A stretch of DNA of 63,989 bases, filler included, from Diploschistes diacapsis (Eukaryota), in NCBI GenBank assembly GCA_023645945.1. It is 4 parts of 4 records of this genome, joined end to end, with 100 filler letters (N's around TTAATTAATTAA, not from the genome) between each part and the next. Parts side by side here need not be neighbours in the genome. Positions count along the whole stretch, not along the records: positions 33,557 to 50,194 come from JALAIB010000493.1; 3 more parts are not named here. The stretch is one strand, 5' to 3'. A program made the position numbers and the translations under genes. Positions within the stretch are counted from its first letter, which is position 1. Each line of letters begins with the position of its first letter. The notes beneath the pieces were generated by a model. The model worked only from the letters and a program-made list of their open reading frames with translations. It did no database searches and was not told where the DNA came from. Positions 33,979 to 46,455 of the stretch are shown here, one piece after another.

Positions 33979-34789
33979 CTTCCATTCCCGTCTTTTTCTT
34001 TTTCGTGACTTTTTCTTTTTTATCAAGCTTTTTTCGAGATGCATTCATTAATTGATTTTTATTTCAGGGCTGTGCATACGATGATCAGTGTGTCAAACAA
34101 CCCCCCTAGGCACTGTTTTATGAATGTAATCATGCACTAGCCAGCTATACAACCAATATTCACGCCCTCACTGCGCAGCTTAGACTCGTGACGAACAAAG
34201 AATATTGCACCATCAAAAGGGATTGCAAGCGCTCCCTTGCATTACAGGAGGGTGCACCATAGCCCTTCTTCGAAGATCGACAAATGTACTCTGCATCAAT
34301 AGTATACCAAGGGAAAGCATCATCGAGCAGGGCGTGCTCCACACTTACTACATTTTCATGTAACAGGTCGCTCTTTCGTGTTATTTCCCATGCACTTAGA
34401 TATCTGTCCAAGTCCTCGGATACTAGTGAAATATTCAATCGCAAATTTGAGGGAAACATCGTGGACCCCGAAGTTCTTGAGTTGCTTGAATGTGGGTTTT
34501 ATGATCTCTTTGCATGATGCACCATATGGAGTTCTGCGGTCGAAGCTGTAGGACTCCATCGATCATCAAAGAGGTCTGCAGCCAAGTCTGGAGCCCAGAA
34601 GGCATATTTAACCATTCGCGAAGTGATTTGCGGCTGAAAGCAACGTCTTGCCGGCAAATTTGTAGGGCTTCTCCGTTTCCTAAACCGGCCCCAATCATCT
34701 CGGTGAGAAGGCAGTCTGAACCACCCGTTGGCCTCTCCCATTTCATCTCTTGAACTTCTGGTCCTGCTGTTGCTTTCTCAAACGCTGTG

Positions 34790-36600
34790 TCACGCAACAA
34801 GCTTCTTCTGTGCACGAGGCTTTATCGGATTCTTTGAACTCGGTGGCCTTTTATCAAGCAATTTTGCTTGAAGAGAGGTGGGAAAGGTGCCAAATTCCTT
34901 CACAGATACCGTGAGCTGGTTTGTTTTTATAGAAGGAATATCTGGATCCCTTGGGACGAACCTGCCAGAATTCTGACCCATATCCTGACAGCGTCTACAT
35001 ATCGGTTGTCTTTCAAAGTACAGCGGCCGAAACTCTCCAATATTCCACCTGGGAGATGCGTCGACAAAGAATACGACTGAGTTGTTCCATTTCAACTGGG
35101 GTTTTCTTTGCACCGTATGCACCAAGTTTCAGCAACATCTAATGTAGAAGGGCTCGCGGCATCTGACGGCCTTACCAATTTCCCCAGAGTGCGGCTTCAC
35201 GAGACTAAAATGAAAGCCAAGCATTATAATGATCATATCCATGGAATGTTTGCACCATTGAGAGGAATAGCTTCGTTTGCCATGACAGTCCTTTGCATTG
35301 CAATAGCGGACACATCGAGCTGAATAAACACCAGGACGCCTAATATGCCATCGAGTTGATCCGTCGAGTCGTCTTGTGTTGCAGTTCAAACAGGACGTAA
35401 CCAGGCGCTCATTGTTGAAACTGTGCCAAAGGTTTTGATGCGTTTGACAATAGGGAAGATTTGAGTTTGTTTCCCCATCATTTTCCTAAACATGATAGCA
35501 ATAGGCATAGTCTCCGTGATTGTAGATGACGTGCTGATATAATTTTCAAGACCAGAAGCAATGGCAGAACGTCCCAGATTGCTGCAGTGGAGTAGAATTC
35601 CCTATTGGCCCTGAACCACTCCAAAACGACTGGCGGGAATTCATATGGATGGGTCCAATTGGAGCTTGGATTGCCAGAGAGGTGATGGTCAATTTCCTGC
35701 ATTGCTCTTGGAAGAATTCTTCTAGGTGCGTCATTACCATGGAGTGTTTCATTGAAATATCCATCCCATACCTCGATTTGCAGAATCATTAGAATGTTTC
35801 TCGGAGCTACGGTGGGAATCACTGTACCCTCGGTTGATTATGGATAAGGTCGAGGATAAAGGCTAATGAAGCAGATTAGGAAGATCAACAAGATCTGGAA
35901 TTCACTTATGGGTATTTCGCTGGAGCAATCTCTGTTGCTTCGTTCGAAAATACTCAGGATGCAAAGGAGTATCGGTTGCACCGGTAGATTTCACTGCCGC
36001 AGCAACGATTTGCTCCTGTGTGGTTGTAAAAGGGTCGCCCACCCTTACGAAAGATAATGATTCTCCGAGACTTGTATCGCTTCTCCCAATTCTTGTAATT
36101 CCGCTCATGGCAAAGGATTGGAGCTATCCCAGCGGTACTATTGTGTATTCTGCGCAGTCAATATTCATCATCCTTTATTGAACAGCAAAACCATGAATAA
36201 TCTCAACTTTGGTAGCAGATGATTCGCGGACCAATTGAGTAAACTCCTCGTGGCAAGACAAGACAGGTGGTGGATATTCTCGGAAACCGTTTGACTCTGG
36301 GGACCTCCCATGTAGGTGATCGAAAAGGAGAGCCTCATTGGCCTTGTAAGCGTTTCCCATAACCATTATAACACACCCGTTAGTCCAATCGGCGACCTCT
36401 TCATCCTCCAGGTAATTTGTTGTGTAGGACGGCTGATGCAGTGATGACAAAGAATAGATTCTAGATGACCCGAAGGCTTGACAAGGAGGCTTTGAGACTG
36501 AGCTGCCATACCAGATGCTTCCAACTCTTTTGCTCCTTTCCTTTAATAACATTCCAAGTTCCATCTAGGTTCTCGATAGGCCTTTCCAGACCTACAAAAT
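34790..36600 (-). pseudogene. Fragmented gene for an unknown protein with two C-terminal Cys-rich (CxxC...D..RW...Y..R..C..C) modules
   Basis: Consecutive minus-strand ORF pieces (36564-36175, 36108-35902, 35822-35478, 35389-35129, 35125-34790) separated by stops and frameshifts; the two modules resemble each other. Confidence 0.5.
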
Positions 36601-38240
36601 AGAAATCTCGCCGCCGAAACTGCGAGGTGTGGAATAGCATTCCAATAAGCCGAAGATGATGTTGATCAAGGCCGGATTTGAGAGGGTGAGCCAGCGTAAT
36701 ATTTCCGAAAATGACAAAGTCCTGAGAAAACAGTGTACTAGCAAGGCTTTGCTCATTGAGGACGAAATAGGCTGAAGCGATCGAGCTATTTTCCGGACTC
36801 TCCTGGAGGCATGCAGGAATTGGTCAGGTCAGTGGTGTTTCCTGACGATCAATAGTCACTTAACTCAGGATTTGGCGGTGTATCGGATACTCCCAAGGTC
36901 TCCTTGGAGCGTGGGCAGTCAGCATTTCACAGGCAAGAAATGCAGGAGGAATTTCTCCATAAGACAGACAGGGGCCATCATACAGCTTTCAAGATTACAC
37001 TTGTGGACCAGAATAATAGCAATTTGCACAGCGATTTCACATGAAGTCATTTTTGATCGCGCACATGGAAAAGATTTCAAGACCTGATCGACAGTTCGAG
37101 CAAGCCTCCGACGATAGTTCCCCATGAGTTTGCCAAACCGCTGCTACCTTCTTCACCTGGGTGTCAAGCAATGTTCTTGGACCTGTCCAGCTGCCGTTCA
37201 TCAATGGCTGATTGTGATTTCTGGAGGCCGCAACGGATTTCTTTTGATGCGCTACGGCAAGCTAAGCCGTCAAAAAAGTCTCGAAGGGGTCAAGGCTGTG
37301 TTGGAGATATGATGATTTCCTGCTTTCAATGCCTGAGTCCGCCATGAGGGTCGTAAGAATTTCATTCCTTTCGAAGCAACAATTCTCGAGATCAGGAATT
37401 TTGGAGCTCTTCCTAGGAGTATGTAGGTATAACAATCACAGTACGGAACCATATAAAAGAAGAGAACAGGAAGGTAGAAGGTACGGAAATACTGTTTTGT
37501 ATTAGAGTGTATCTAGACTAAAAACTTCTCAGTTCAATCCACCTTTCTGTGTTAGTGTTTGCACTAAAGCCCTAAACCTAGATCTTATAAGCGTAGCTGG
37601 ACTGACCGATCCAGCTCAAGGTTCCAGAAGTAGTACGTTCGTAGTAGTATGTATTAGGGCGTTAGCTGGTGGCTGATAGATTTTAGAACTCGTGAAGATC
37701 CTCATGCTATGTAGACTTAAGGTAGTTTGAACCAATGCGGCTGTTGCTTCGGATGCCTCGATGTGCCCTTTTGAACAGGAGGGGGACGAGCATAGCAGGC
37801 TGAGGCTCTGTTTGCTCACATGGCCAGGGGATTTGATATTCGCCACTGAGGCTCTGCTATTCACTACGGGGCTAGCGTACGAGATGGAAGGAAGAGAAGG
37901 CAGGAACGGTGCCCAGTTTTGTAGGCTCCGGCTATGGCTGTTCATTCAAGAGCCAGCGGTAAGCCGGAATAGATACCGTCTGATGTCTGCTGTTTGCTGA
38001 AAGATACCACTCTCTCTCTGAAAGATGAACATATTGTAAACGGTTTCGAACGAGGAGCAGAAGGCAGAAGGCAGTTGAGGAAAATCACCTCCACAGGATT
38101 AACAAAAGTAATGACGTAGGTTATTTGACAGCTCTACCGGCAACAACGTGAGTTATGTGTACCTATTCATTGCTGCTTTCACAATTGGCCTCACCGTAGC
38201 AAAATATCGAGCCTTCATATGTGGTATCCATGACCTCTTC

Positions 38241-39380
38241 ATGCAAAAGACCTTTATGCGAATACCCTACACGGGCCCCCTTCCACCACCGCAGATAGTC
38301 CCTCGAAGCGCAAATACCCCTGTTGGTGCCATTCATGCTCTCCAGCAATTCCTGACCGCTCCGTCCACCGATGGAAGCCTCTTTGTCAGGGACGGTGCCT
38401 CTAAGACGGTTCTGCTCACCGGCGCTGGCCTCTCGGTAGCCTCCGGCCTCGCCGACTACCGCGGAACAGCCGGCACCTACACCCTCAACAAAACCTACCG
38501 ACCCATCTACTATAGCGAGTTTCTAGCCTCCCACGAAGCACGCAAGCGCTACTGGGCCCGGAGCTTCCTGGGCTGGACGAATCTACATCGAGCCCGTCCC
38601 AACGCCGCGCACCATGCTGTCGGCGACCTGTCCCGACTAGGCCTTCTGAGCAGCGTCATCACGCAGAATGTCGACAGCTTCCACTTGCACGCGCATCCGG
38701 AGCTGCCGACGCTCGAGTTGCATGGGTATCTGCGTTCGCTCGTTTGCGTGCATTGCCGTACCGAGCTACCCAGAGATGAATTCCAGGAGAGCCTCTCGAA
38801 TCTGAACCCGGCGTGGGCGGCCTTCTTGGCGGAAATGCTGGAGGTCGGCGCGCTGGAGACGGAGAACCCGGACGAGAGGAGGAAGAAGGGCTTGAAGACG
38901 AATCCGGACGGGGACGTCGATTTGCCGGATGCGCCATACTCGACGTTCAGATACCCGGCTTGTCCGACGTGCCTTGCGAATCCGCCTAAGCTGGCTGATG
39001 GCTCGAAGGGGAGAGTGGAGGTGGATGCTGACGGTGCTTGGACGGCGCAGTCGACGGCCGGCGTGCTCAAGCCCGCGGTCATCATGTTTGGGGAGTCGAT
39101 CAGCGCTCAGGTCAAAGAGGCGGCGGAGAGAGCGATTGACGATGCTGGAAGGATGCTGGTGGTAGGTAGTAGTCTGGCTACGTATTCGGCTTGGAGGCTG
39201 GTGAAGCGAGCGCATGAGCAGAAGATGCCCCTTGCTGTGTTGAATATAGGAGGGGTGCGGGGCGAGGAGAACTTCTTTGAGGCGGTCGACTCTGGAAACA
39301 AGGGAGAGTTGGGAGTAAGGTGTAGCGAGAAAGCCGAGAAGGTGCTGCCTGATCTTGTCACAATTCTACGTACTGGGTAA
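38241..39380 (+). CDS. NAD-dependent protein deacylase, Sir2 family class II (SIRT4-like)
   Basis: LLTGAGLSVASGLADYRG, RKRYWARSFLGW, ITQNVDSFH, ELHG.L...VCVHC, NPDGDV, LKPAVIMFGE, VGSSLATYSAWR. Likely ATG 38241 (MQKTFMRIPY). Confidence 0.93.
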   Translation: MQKTFMRIPYTGPLPPPQIVPRSANTPVGAIHALQQFLTAPSTDGSLFVRDGASKTVLLTGAGLSVASGLADYRGTAGTYTLNKTYRPIYYSEFLASHEARKRYWARSFLGWTNLHRARPNAAHHAVGDLSRLGLLSSVITQNVDSFHLHAHPELPTLELHGYLRSLVCVHCRTELPRDEFQESLSNLNPAWAAFLAEMLEVGALETENPDERRKKGLKTNPDGDVDLPDAPYSTFRYPACPTCLANPPKLADGSKGRVEVDADGAWTAQSTAGVLKPAVIMFGESISAQVKEAAERAIDDAGRMLVVGSSLATYSAWRLVKRAHEQKMPLAVLNIGGVRGEENFFEAVDSGNKGELGVRCSEKAEKVLPDLVTILRTG

Positions 39381-39665
39381 AGAAGGCCAGGCACCCCGGA
39401 TGATTCTGCTAGAAGAGACAAGCAGGTCGCTCGACAAAGAGAGCAAGCATTCAATCGCATGGAGTGAGATAGACAGGTTCACATATGGGCCTAACTTGTA
39501 CATATGATTGCTGAAAATTAAAGCGTTAATATTTCCTCCATTGTCTGCTCTATCTCTTTTGGTTTCTGCCATGGCCTATAAATTGGGTATCTTCCATTGC
39601 GCCACGCTCAAAAAAGGTCTTGCAAATGACCATACCATTGTCCTATCAATCAGCCGAATGATCGC

Positions 39666-40340
39666 CTATAGAATCAGCTCTTCCACGCGCCAATCCTCAT
39701 AGCTAACCATCGAATTAGCGCCCGTGTAGTGAGAGGTGCACAAACGACTCACAAGCCACCGGGCAACGGTCGTCGAACAATAATCGGAAGTTTCTTCTGC
39801 TTGAGCTCCTTCTCCGCAATCCTGACCGGATCAGTCTCACCTTCCAGATCGACCAGAACCGGCGCATTGTTTCTGTAGAGAAGCCACTGTTAGCCACACA
39901 CCCACAACCCTTCCTCCTATCTCCGTCGCGCATCCACTCACGCAATCTGAGTCGCCCTGCTCCCCAGCACACGAGCCTTCTCGTACTTCGTCAAGTAGGG
40001 AGAAGTACTGCGCTCATTATCCGGAATCCGAATCTCCTTGTACTGGACCGGCGCGTTCTTCCCTTCGACAGGGGCGCGCACAACCTGGCGCTCACTGCCA
40101 TTCGCACCCGCGGCGGCCGCGTCAACGCCTGCGCCGGCGTTGTTGTCGTTGTCGCCATCATCGCCCTCGTGGGGCGGTGTCCCATCAACTTCAGGCTCTA
40201 AGGGCCCTTCAGGCATGAAGTCACCCTCGCCCCCGAAGCTGGGAAAGGGTCAGTGAGGGGCACCGCTTTTTTTGGTGTGAAAGGGAAGAGGGGATAGGGA
40301 GTTGAGATACGTACTTATCGTCGTATCCGTCGTCGGACAT
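39666..40340 (-). CDS. RPB6: RNA polymerase I/II/III shared subunit Rpb6 (RPABC2), 4 exons
   Basis: Exons 40340-40315, 40238-39942, 39872-39753, 39702-39666. Acidic N-terminus; [35 protein letters not shown]...KEL...[19 protein letters not shown]. Confidence 0.92.
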
Positions 40341-40777
40341 TGTAAGGTGTTGAAGTTTTGAGAGCGATTAGGGCTATGGTGTCCACGAGTCCAAGATTCT
40401 CGCAATAGTATGATCTCGTTTGATGGCGATGAGGGTTGCTGTCAAGCGTTATAGAGCCTAGAACTGTAACGAAGTAGGATTAGCGTGGAAGTGCTCCGTG
40501 ACGTCATGGGAACAAGTCTGGAAAGCTTTAGAAAACTCGGAATGCTGATTGGGTCGTTTAACCTGTCATTATCAAACCGCATCTTGCCCTAAGTTTGCAA
40601 GATGGATATACAGGAAATCAAGACAATTTGGGAGGATCTAAATTACCTGTGCTATGATCATATGATCTGGACTACATAGTCAAAGTCCATAGGGGCGAAT
40701 CAGCACGATATCCTTGACCATTAACCTGACGTAGCTTTGAAACATTGCACTGGCATAAGCACCCATCTCCAGCAAAC

Positions 40778-42635
40778 ATGGATGGGCCCTTAGCCATTCG
40801 GAAGAGGAGGGCAAATAGTCAAACGGCTCCTGTGGTCAAAAGGGCACGTCTTGCTTGCAATAATATCCCAGAAGAAGGTTGGATATTTATATCTATCTTC
40901 CACAAAAAAGCGTACATGCTGATCAGATCCAGCTCCTACCCCAAATCGTGGACCTGATGATTTTTCAGAAGAATCTCTTTCAGAGGAAGAAGACATCGAG
41001 CCGGCAACTACCTTGTCAACGCCAATGTCAATGTCGGCTCCTTCGACACCAAAGCCTCTGCCACCATGCCGCTCGAAGCATCTTCCATGCCCCTATCCTG
41101 GATGCGACAAGTTATTCAACCGCCCTACGAGACTAGAGGAACATAAACGCTCACATACTAATGACCGTATCTTCAAGTGCAACGTGCCCAAATGTGGCAA
41201 GGATTTTCTCCGTGACAGCCATCTGAAGCGCCATGTGCTTTCTGCTCATACTGACCAAAGAGACTACATCTGCACCTTTGAAGACTGCGACAAGGGCTTT
41301 GCAACAGCACAACGCCTCAAGCGCCACCTCTCCCTCCATGAAGGCCGTGAGAAGTATCGCTGCCGCATAGACGGCTGCGGCCAAACCTTCCGCAAGCATG
41401 CGACGCTCGACAAGCACCAACGCACTGCGCACGAAGGCGGTGACGCATTTCCTTGCCATGAACCCACCAAAGACGGCATTCCATGTCCCAAGGGCTTTGA
41501 CACGGCTTACGCCCTGAAACTCCACAAAGGCCGCTGTCACGGTGCAAAAAGCTACTTTTGCACCCTCTGCCCTGGCACCCTCTCTGAAGACCCTTCCTCC
41601 CAACAATCCCTTGGCCTCGGCTTCGGCACCTACGCCGACCTCCAGGCCCACAACGCCCTCGTGCACCCACCTACGTGCCCCAGTTGCTCCTTCGCAGCGC
41701 GCACCCAGAAGGAACTCCAACACCACATCTCTCAGCGCCACATCTCCGGCCCTCCCAACCCTTCACAAAGCTACATCTGCCCCCACGACATTTGCCGCGG
41801 CCAAACCTTCGCCCGCAAAACGAACCTTACCACCCACCTCAAAACTGTCCACTCCAGCACAAGGGCCTTCGTCTGCGGCACCCTTCCCCCAAGCGCACTG
41901 AACAACATCCCTACCTGGACCGGCGCCGACGCCTGCGGCCGCGCGTTCAAAGCCAAACAGGGGCTGGAAGAACACATTCGCACCGCACACCTCGGCCTCG
42001 ACAACAGGACCACGGCAAGGCAGAAGCGGCTCGGTACACACATCGTGCCCGTGGACAAAAACCTTGCAAATGCGAATCAAAGAGGAAAAGACACGACGCT
42101 CGGCAAACTCACAGGCACCGCATACGCCGAGAACCCGAAGCGCACGATACCCTGCGCAGTGCTGGGCTGCGCGTACTTGTTCACGCGGCATTATGACCAC
42201 GAGCTGCATTTGCGCTGCAAGCATGGCGTCAGTCCCGAGGACGTGCCGGGGCTCGTGGGGCAGAGGGAACCGGAGTGGCTGTCTGCCACTGCCACTGCTA
42301 CTTTCTCCGCGGACCTGGCGGCGGATAACCATCATAATAACAATCACGACGATTGGGCCGCCGAGTTCGAAGCGGGTGCGCGGCACGGCGGCAGCTTTTG
42401 GATCGGGGGCGTGGGTCAGGCGGAGGAGTTTGGGGGCGACGAGGATGATGGACAGTCGGGCTTCTCTGGCGTTGCTGGAAACTTTGCAAAGGATAGAGTC
42501 TGGGATGGCGAGGCGAGGGAGATGTTTGATCTCGTGGACGGGACGTTTGGGGACGATGACGAGGCGTTGGCTCAGGATGGGAATGACTTTGAAGGAGATG
42601 CGGCGATGCAGCCGATTGATCCTATGCTTTTCTGA
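40778..42635 (+). CDS. PZF1: Transcription factor IIIA (multi-C2H2 zinc finger)
   Basis: Exon 1 40778-40877, intron 40878-40926, exon 2 40927-42635. About 10 C2H2 fingers starting CPYPGCDKLFNRPTRLEEHKRSH; head-to-head with RPB6 as for yeast RPO26/PZF1. Confidence 0.85.
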
Positions 42636-42769
42636 GCTCGATTTGGGACGAAAAAAGGTATGGTAGTTTATTGAGTGGTGTTACTGTTGCTTGAGGTTGC
42701 TGGATTGGGAAGTACTTGCATGCAATGGTGTACTGTGTCTGATTACAGTGGGAAGAAGAAAGAGGGAGC

Positions 42770-42795
42770 GAGAGAGAGAGAGAGAGAGAGAGAGA
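42770..42795. repeat. (GA)n microsatellite
   Basis: Perfect GA run downstream of TFIIIA. Confidence 0.85.
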
Positions 42796-43328
42796 TTGCA
42801 GATTCGGAATCTTTCGTAGCGTTAGAAGCGATCTACAGCGGTATTCAATTGCAGATTTATGTCACTGTGCTAGTATCTGGGCTGCGGAGCTTCAATCTAT
42901 AATGCTAACAGATCAACAGACTACCAGATGTGTTTTTCGGAATTCCAATCGCAAAGGTGAAGCTCATTTCCGGACAATGGTAGAAAACTTTTCGCTTGTC
43001 CAAGGTGCTAGTCAACGGCCTATCAATCTTGAAAGAGTTGTCCCATGTCAAGAACACATTGGATGCACCGGTTATGATGTGATTATTGGCTAAAGCTATG
43101 TGCTAGCATAACGTGTCAATAATCCAATAAGTGACACCCAGGAAAATGATATGACCCCCCGGCTAGACACAATACTGGAGCTGAAGCTGGACATTGTGTG
43201 TAAACAAAGAGCGCCACGACTCCATATCGCCTGATGTGGGTATCCAGTCCCATAGTCCGACACCGTCAATAATACACCAGCTTACAGTTCCTGTAATTCC
43301 CTTTTGGTCATGTATGTTTCACCCATCT

Positions 43329-46300
43329 CTATCCCTGGAAGCAGCCCGCTCCGATCCCCAAGTTCATCCGCGTAAACTTCACAAACATAACCGGCGTCTG
43401 CTTCGTTGGGAAAGCAGAGACCTGGTCCCCACTGACCGCGGGCCCTTTGCCCTTTTTCTTGCTCCCGCCCGAGCTCGCACCACTCCCACTAGCAGCCGCG
43501 CTTACGGTCGTCGTGGAAGATCCTCCCTGTCCATCAACTCGAGTTCCCATACCGCCTTCGCCTACGATCTTACCTTGGCCCATGCCGTCCGTTTTATTGG
43601 TATCCCAGAGACGCACGGTCCCGTCGCTGCCACCGGTCAGTAATAAAGAGCCTTCGACATTCCAAGAAATTGACCAAATTCCGCCGCGGTCGTGGCCGCG
43701 CATTCGCTTGATTAGTCTGCCCTGCGCGAGGTCCCAAAGTATAATGATACCATGATCATCGGCTGTGGCGAGGACTTTGCCTGTCGGGCTGCACGCCATG
43801 GAGGTGATATAGCCCGTGTGGCCAGTAAATAGGCGTACACAGTTGCCGTTCGTGCAGGCAAACATGCGTACTGTACGGTCGGAGGCGGCTGTGAAAGTGT
43901 ACGCACCGTTGGGGTGGAAACAGACGCAGTCCAGTGGCTGATCATGGCCAACGAACCAGCGCAGGGGGGCCCCCTTGGCGGTGCTCCAGAGATGAGCTTT
44001 CTTGTCATGGCCAGCGGAAAGGAAATAGTAGCCGAATGGGCCCCAGGTGACGTCGAATACTGGGCCAAGGTGCGACTTGTAGACCATCATCTGTTTCATG
44101 AGACCGAGGTGCCACATACGAATCGTATGGTCGGCAGAGCAGGATAGAAGCCACTCTGTACCCATGTAGGGATGGTTTGAACGTTCTTCAAAGCTTTGTT
44201 CGGCTCTATCTGGTTGATCGATGGCGGGTGAAAAGGAAAGGCCGTAGACGGGGCCCGAGTGTCCGATCAGACGTTCGCTGGCGACTTTTTGGCCTTTGCG
44301 CATAGTCTTCAACGGAGTGCCATCCATCGTAAAGATACGAATGTAATGTTCCAAAGTCCCAATGGCGATCAGATTGTTGTCTTCGGAAATCGCCATGCAG
44401 GTAACGCTTTCCACAAATTAGCTTTCAGGGTCGTTTAGAGGAATGGGATCTTACCTGTCCTGCGTGTTGTGAAAAGTGTACATGCAGACTGAAAGCTTAT
44501 CCTTTTGCGGCTCGATCTTGAACCTATCGCGATATTCCTTGATCTTGAGCACTTCCATTTCAACGTCTCTAGCTTTTGACGGGGGATATGGGAGCTCGGT
44601 ACGGCTTGGGGCGTCATCAGTTTCCTCCTGTTTGATTCGACTGGTGAATTCACTGGTGAGCGTAGGACGACCGTCTACCGCAGGGTTCTTAGAGTCTTCT
44701 TCCTGTAACTCTGCGAGGACATCTTCGAAGAGAGTCGGCTCCATTGGGAGTGGTCCAAGCTTCAAGCGTGTCAGATTCGAAGACGCAGTTCCAGTGTTCT
44801 GACCAGGGTTATGTCCAGGAATGCCTTCATCCTCGGTAGGCCAATTAGAATCCACGCTAGTCCGGCCCAGTATTTTCTCGATGGCATTCGCGTCAGAAGT
44901 AACTCTATCAACAGTCTTGAGATCCATGTTTTCGGTCATGATTTGCAGAGCGCCAAGTCCTCCAGAGTACAGCTTGGATTCCAGAAAGGTTGTCAGTTGC
45001 TCATATGCAGCATTAGACAGCGTGAGCCGGTATTTATCAGACATGAAGGTTTTGGCGATCGAGGAGTCCTTGAGGTGCTCAGGCAAGCCCAGCATCTCCA
45101 AATTGCGGACATCTTCAGGGTGATCGAGTACGAACTTTTCCTTGTACTTCTTAAAAAGGTCCGTTGCGGGTTCAGTGAACCCTTCAGAAAATGTTCTGAG
45201 GAATGAATAGACGAATATGGGCCATAAGAGGCGTTTGAATTCTCCCTTTGACAATTATTTAGAGTCGGAAGATAGGGGAAAGTGTAAGGAACCTTATAGA
45301 TATCCAGCACCGTCCCTGAGAACTGATCGAGTAGCTCTGGAGCCTCTATAAGCGATAATAGCCAAGCTGGACGGATTTACTTACGCAACGCGTTGGCATA
45401 CTTGGTGGCGGCGGCATGAGAACCACTAATCAATGGTCGACCTTCATTTTCCTGCGCGGCTGATTCTATTCTAAGCATAGCTTCCGTCCTACTATATCCC
45501 TTTTTGGAAAGATATTCGATAACCTGTTGGAATCTTCTGTCAGCATGCCAGCGGTACAGTATTCTTTGGGAATGGAAATCCATGCTAGATGAATATTGTG
45601 CTGGTGATTGCAAGGACAAGGGAACACTAGGTATGAAAACCCCAGATCTAGACAGTGTAAAATAATCCATCTTGGGCCAGCGTGTGCATGCCAGTGAGCC
45701 AGAACTGTGTATGCGTGTACGCCGTTGGTTAAAGGAAAGGGGGACGAGAAGGGATGCAATACAAATCAAGCAAAAGTGCTGTTGTCATACCGTCTCCGTG
45801 AGTGGGTGGCTCTTAACCAAAGTGGAAGTCACAGTAGAAGTAACAATAGAAGGCGCGATTGAAGTCACAGCAGGGCCTGGCGGCATACTTCCTATTAACG
45901 TTGGAGGGGAACCTATTAACGTCGTAGGGGAATCCATATGGGAATTATGCTCGACCTTGAGCGCATGGTCTTGGGTCGATGGATGAGGGGGTCCGGCATT
46001 TGCATCAAGCTCAACCTTAATCGGAGAGTAACCCGCATCAGAATCACGCTCGACCTTAATCCGGGTGTAGTCCATATCTGAATCACGCTCGACCTTGATC
46101 GGAGGAGAGTCCGCACCTAGGTTGGGCTCGATAGACTCGATGGCATTGTGTTGTGCCGCCGGAGGGTAGTCCACAGCGGAGCATGGCTCGATCTGAATCG
46201 CGTGGTCTTGGGCCCATTGCAAAACGGACTGATACTGCTGGCGTCCTTCTGGCGTTTGGTCCCACGGGTGACAGCCCTCACATGAGCAGGCAGTATGCGG

Positions 46301-46455
46301 CATGGTGTCCGAGCATATAAAGTACTTCGGAATAAAAAAAAATAGTAGAGAAAGCTTACAATTTGATTAAGATTCTGCTGTGACATCTGCCCTGTCTGAG
46401 CTCCAGATGCCACTGGCGTTGCCGGGACTCCATCACTGCGAGCCTGAGCCGACAT
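43329..46455 (-). CDS. TAF5: TFIID/SAGA subunit Taf5 (LisH, NTD2, WD40)
   Basis: Exon 1 46455-46360 (..MSQQNLNQI), 836-nt intron to 45524, then VIEYLSKKGYSRTEAMLR, EFKRLLWPIFVYSFL, SVCMYTFHNT and WD40 repeats (LIGHSGPVY, CVCFHPNGAY, FTGHTG), ending TKQTPVMFVKFTRMNL. Further short introns near 45.3 and 44.4 kb. Confidence 0.93.

Noticed and set aside
45729..45738. TTCCTTTAAC resembling a U12 branch point
   Set aside because: Imperfect match, about 200 nt from the acceptor, no RTATCCT donor; the intron has ordinary U2 signals.
46325..46359. 35-nt GT..AG segment that would join TAF5 exon 1 in frame to the intronic ORF
   Set aside because: Shorter than the other introns here and lacks a CTRAY branch site; an alternative first exon is the simpler model.
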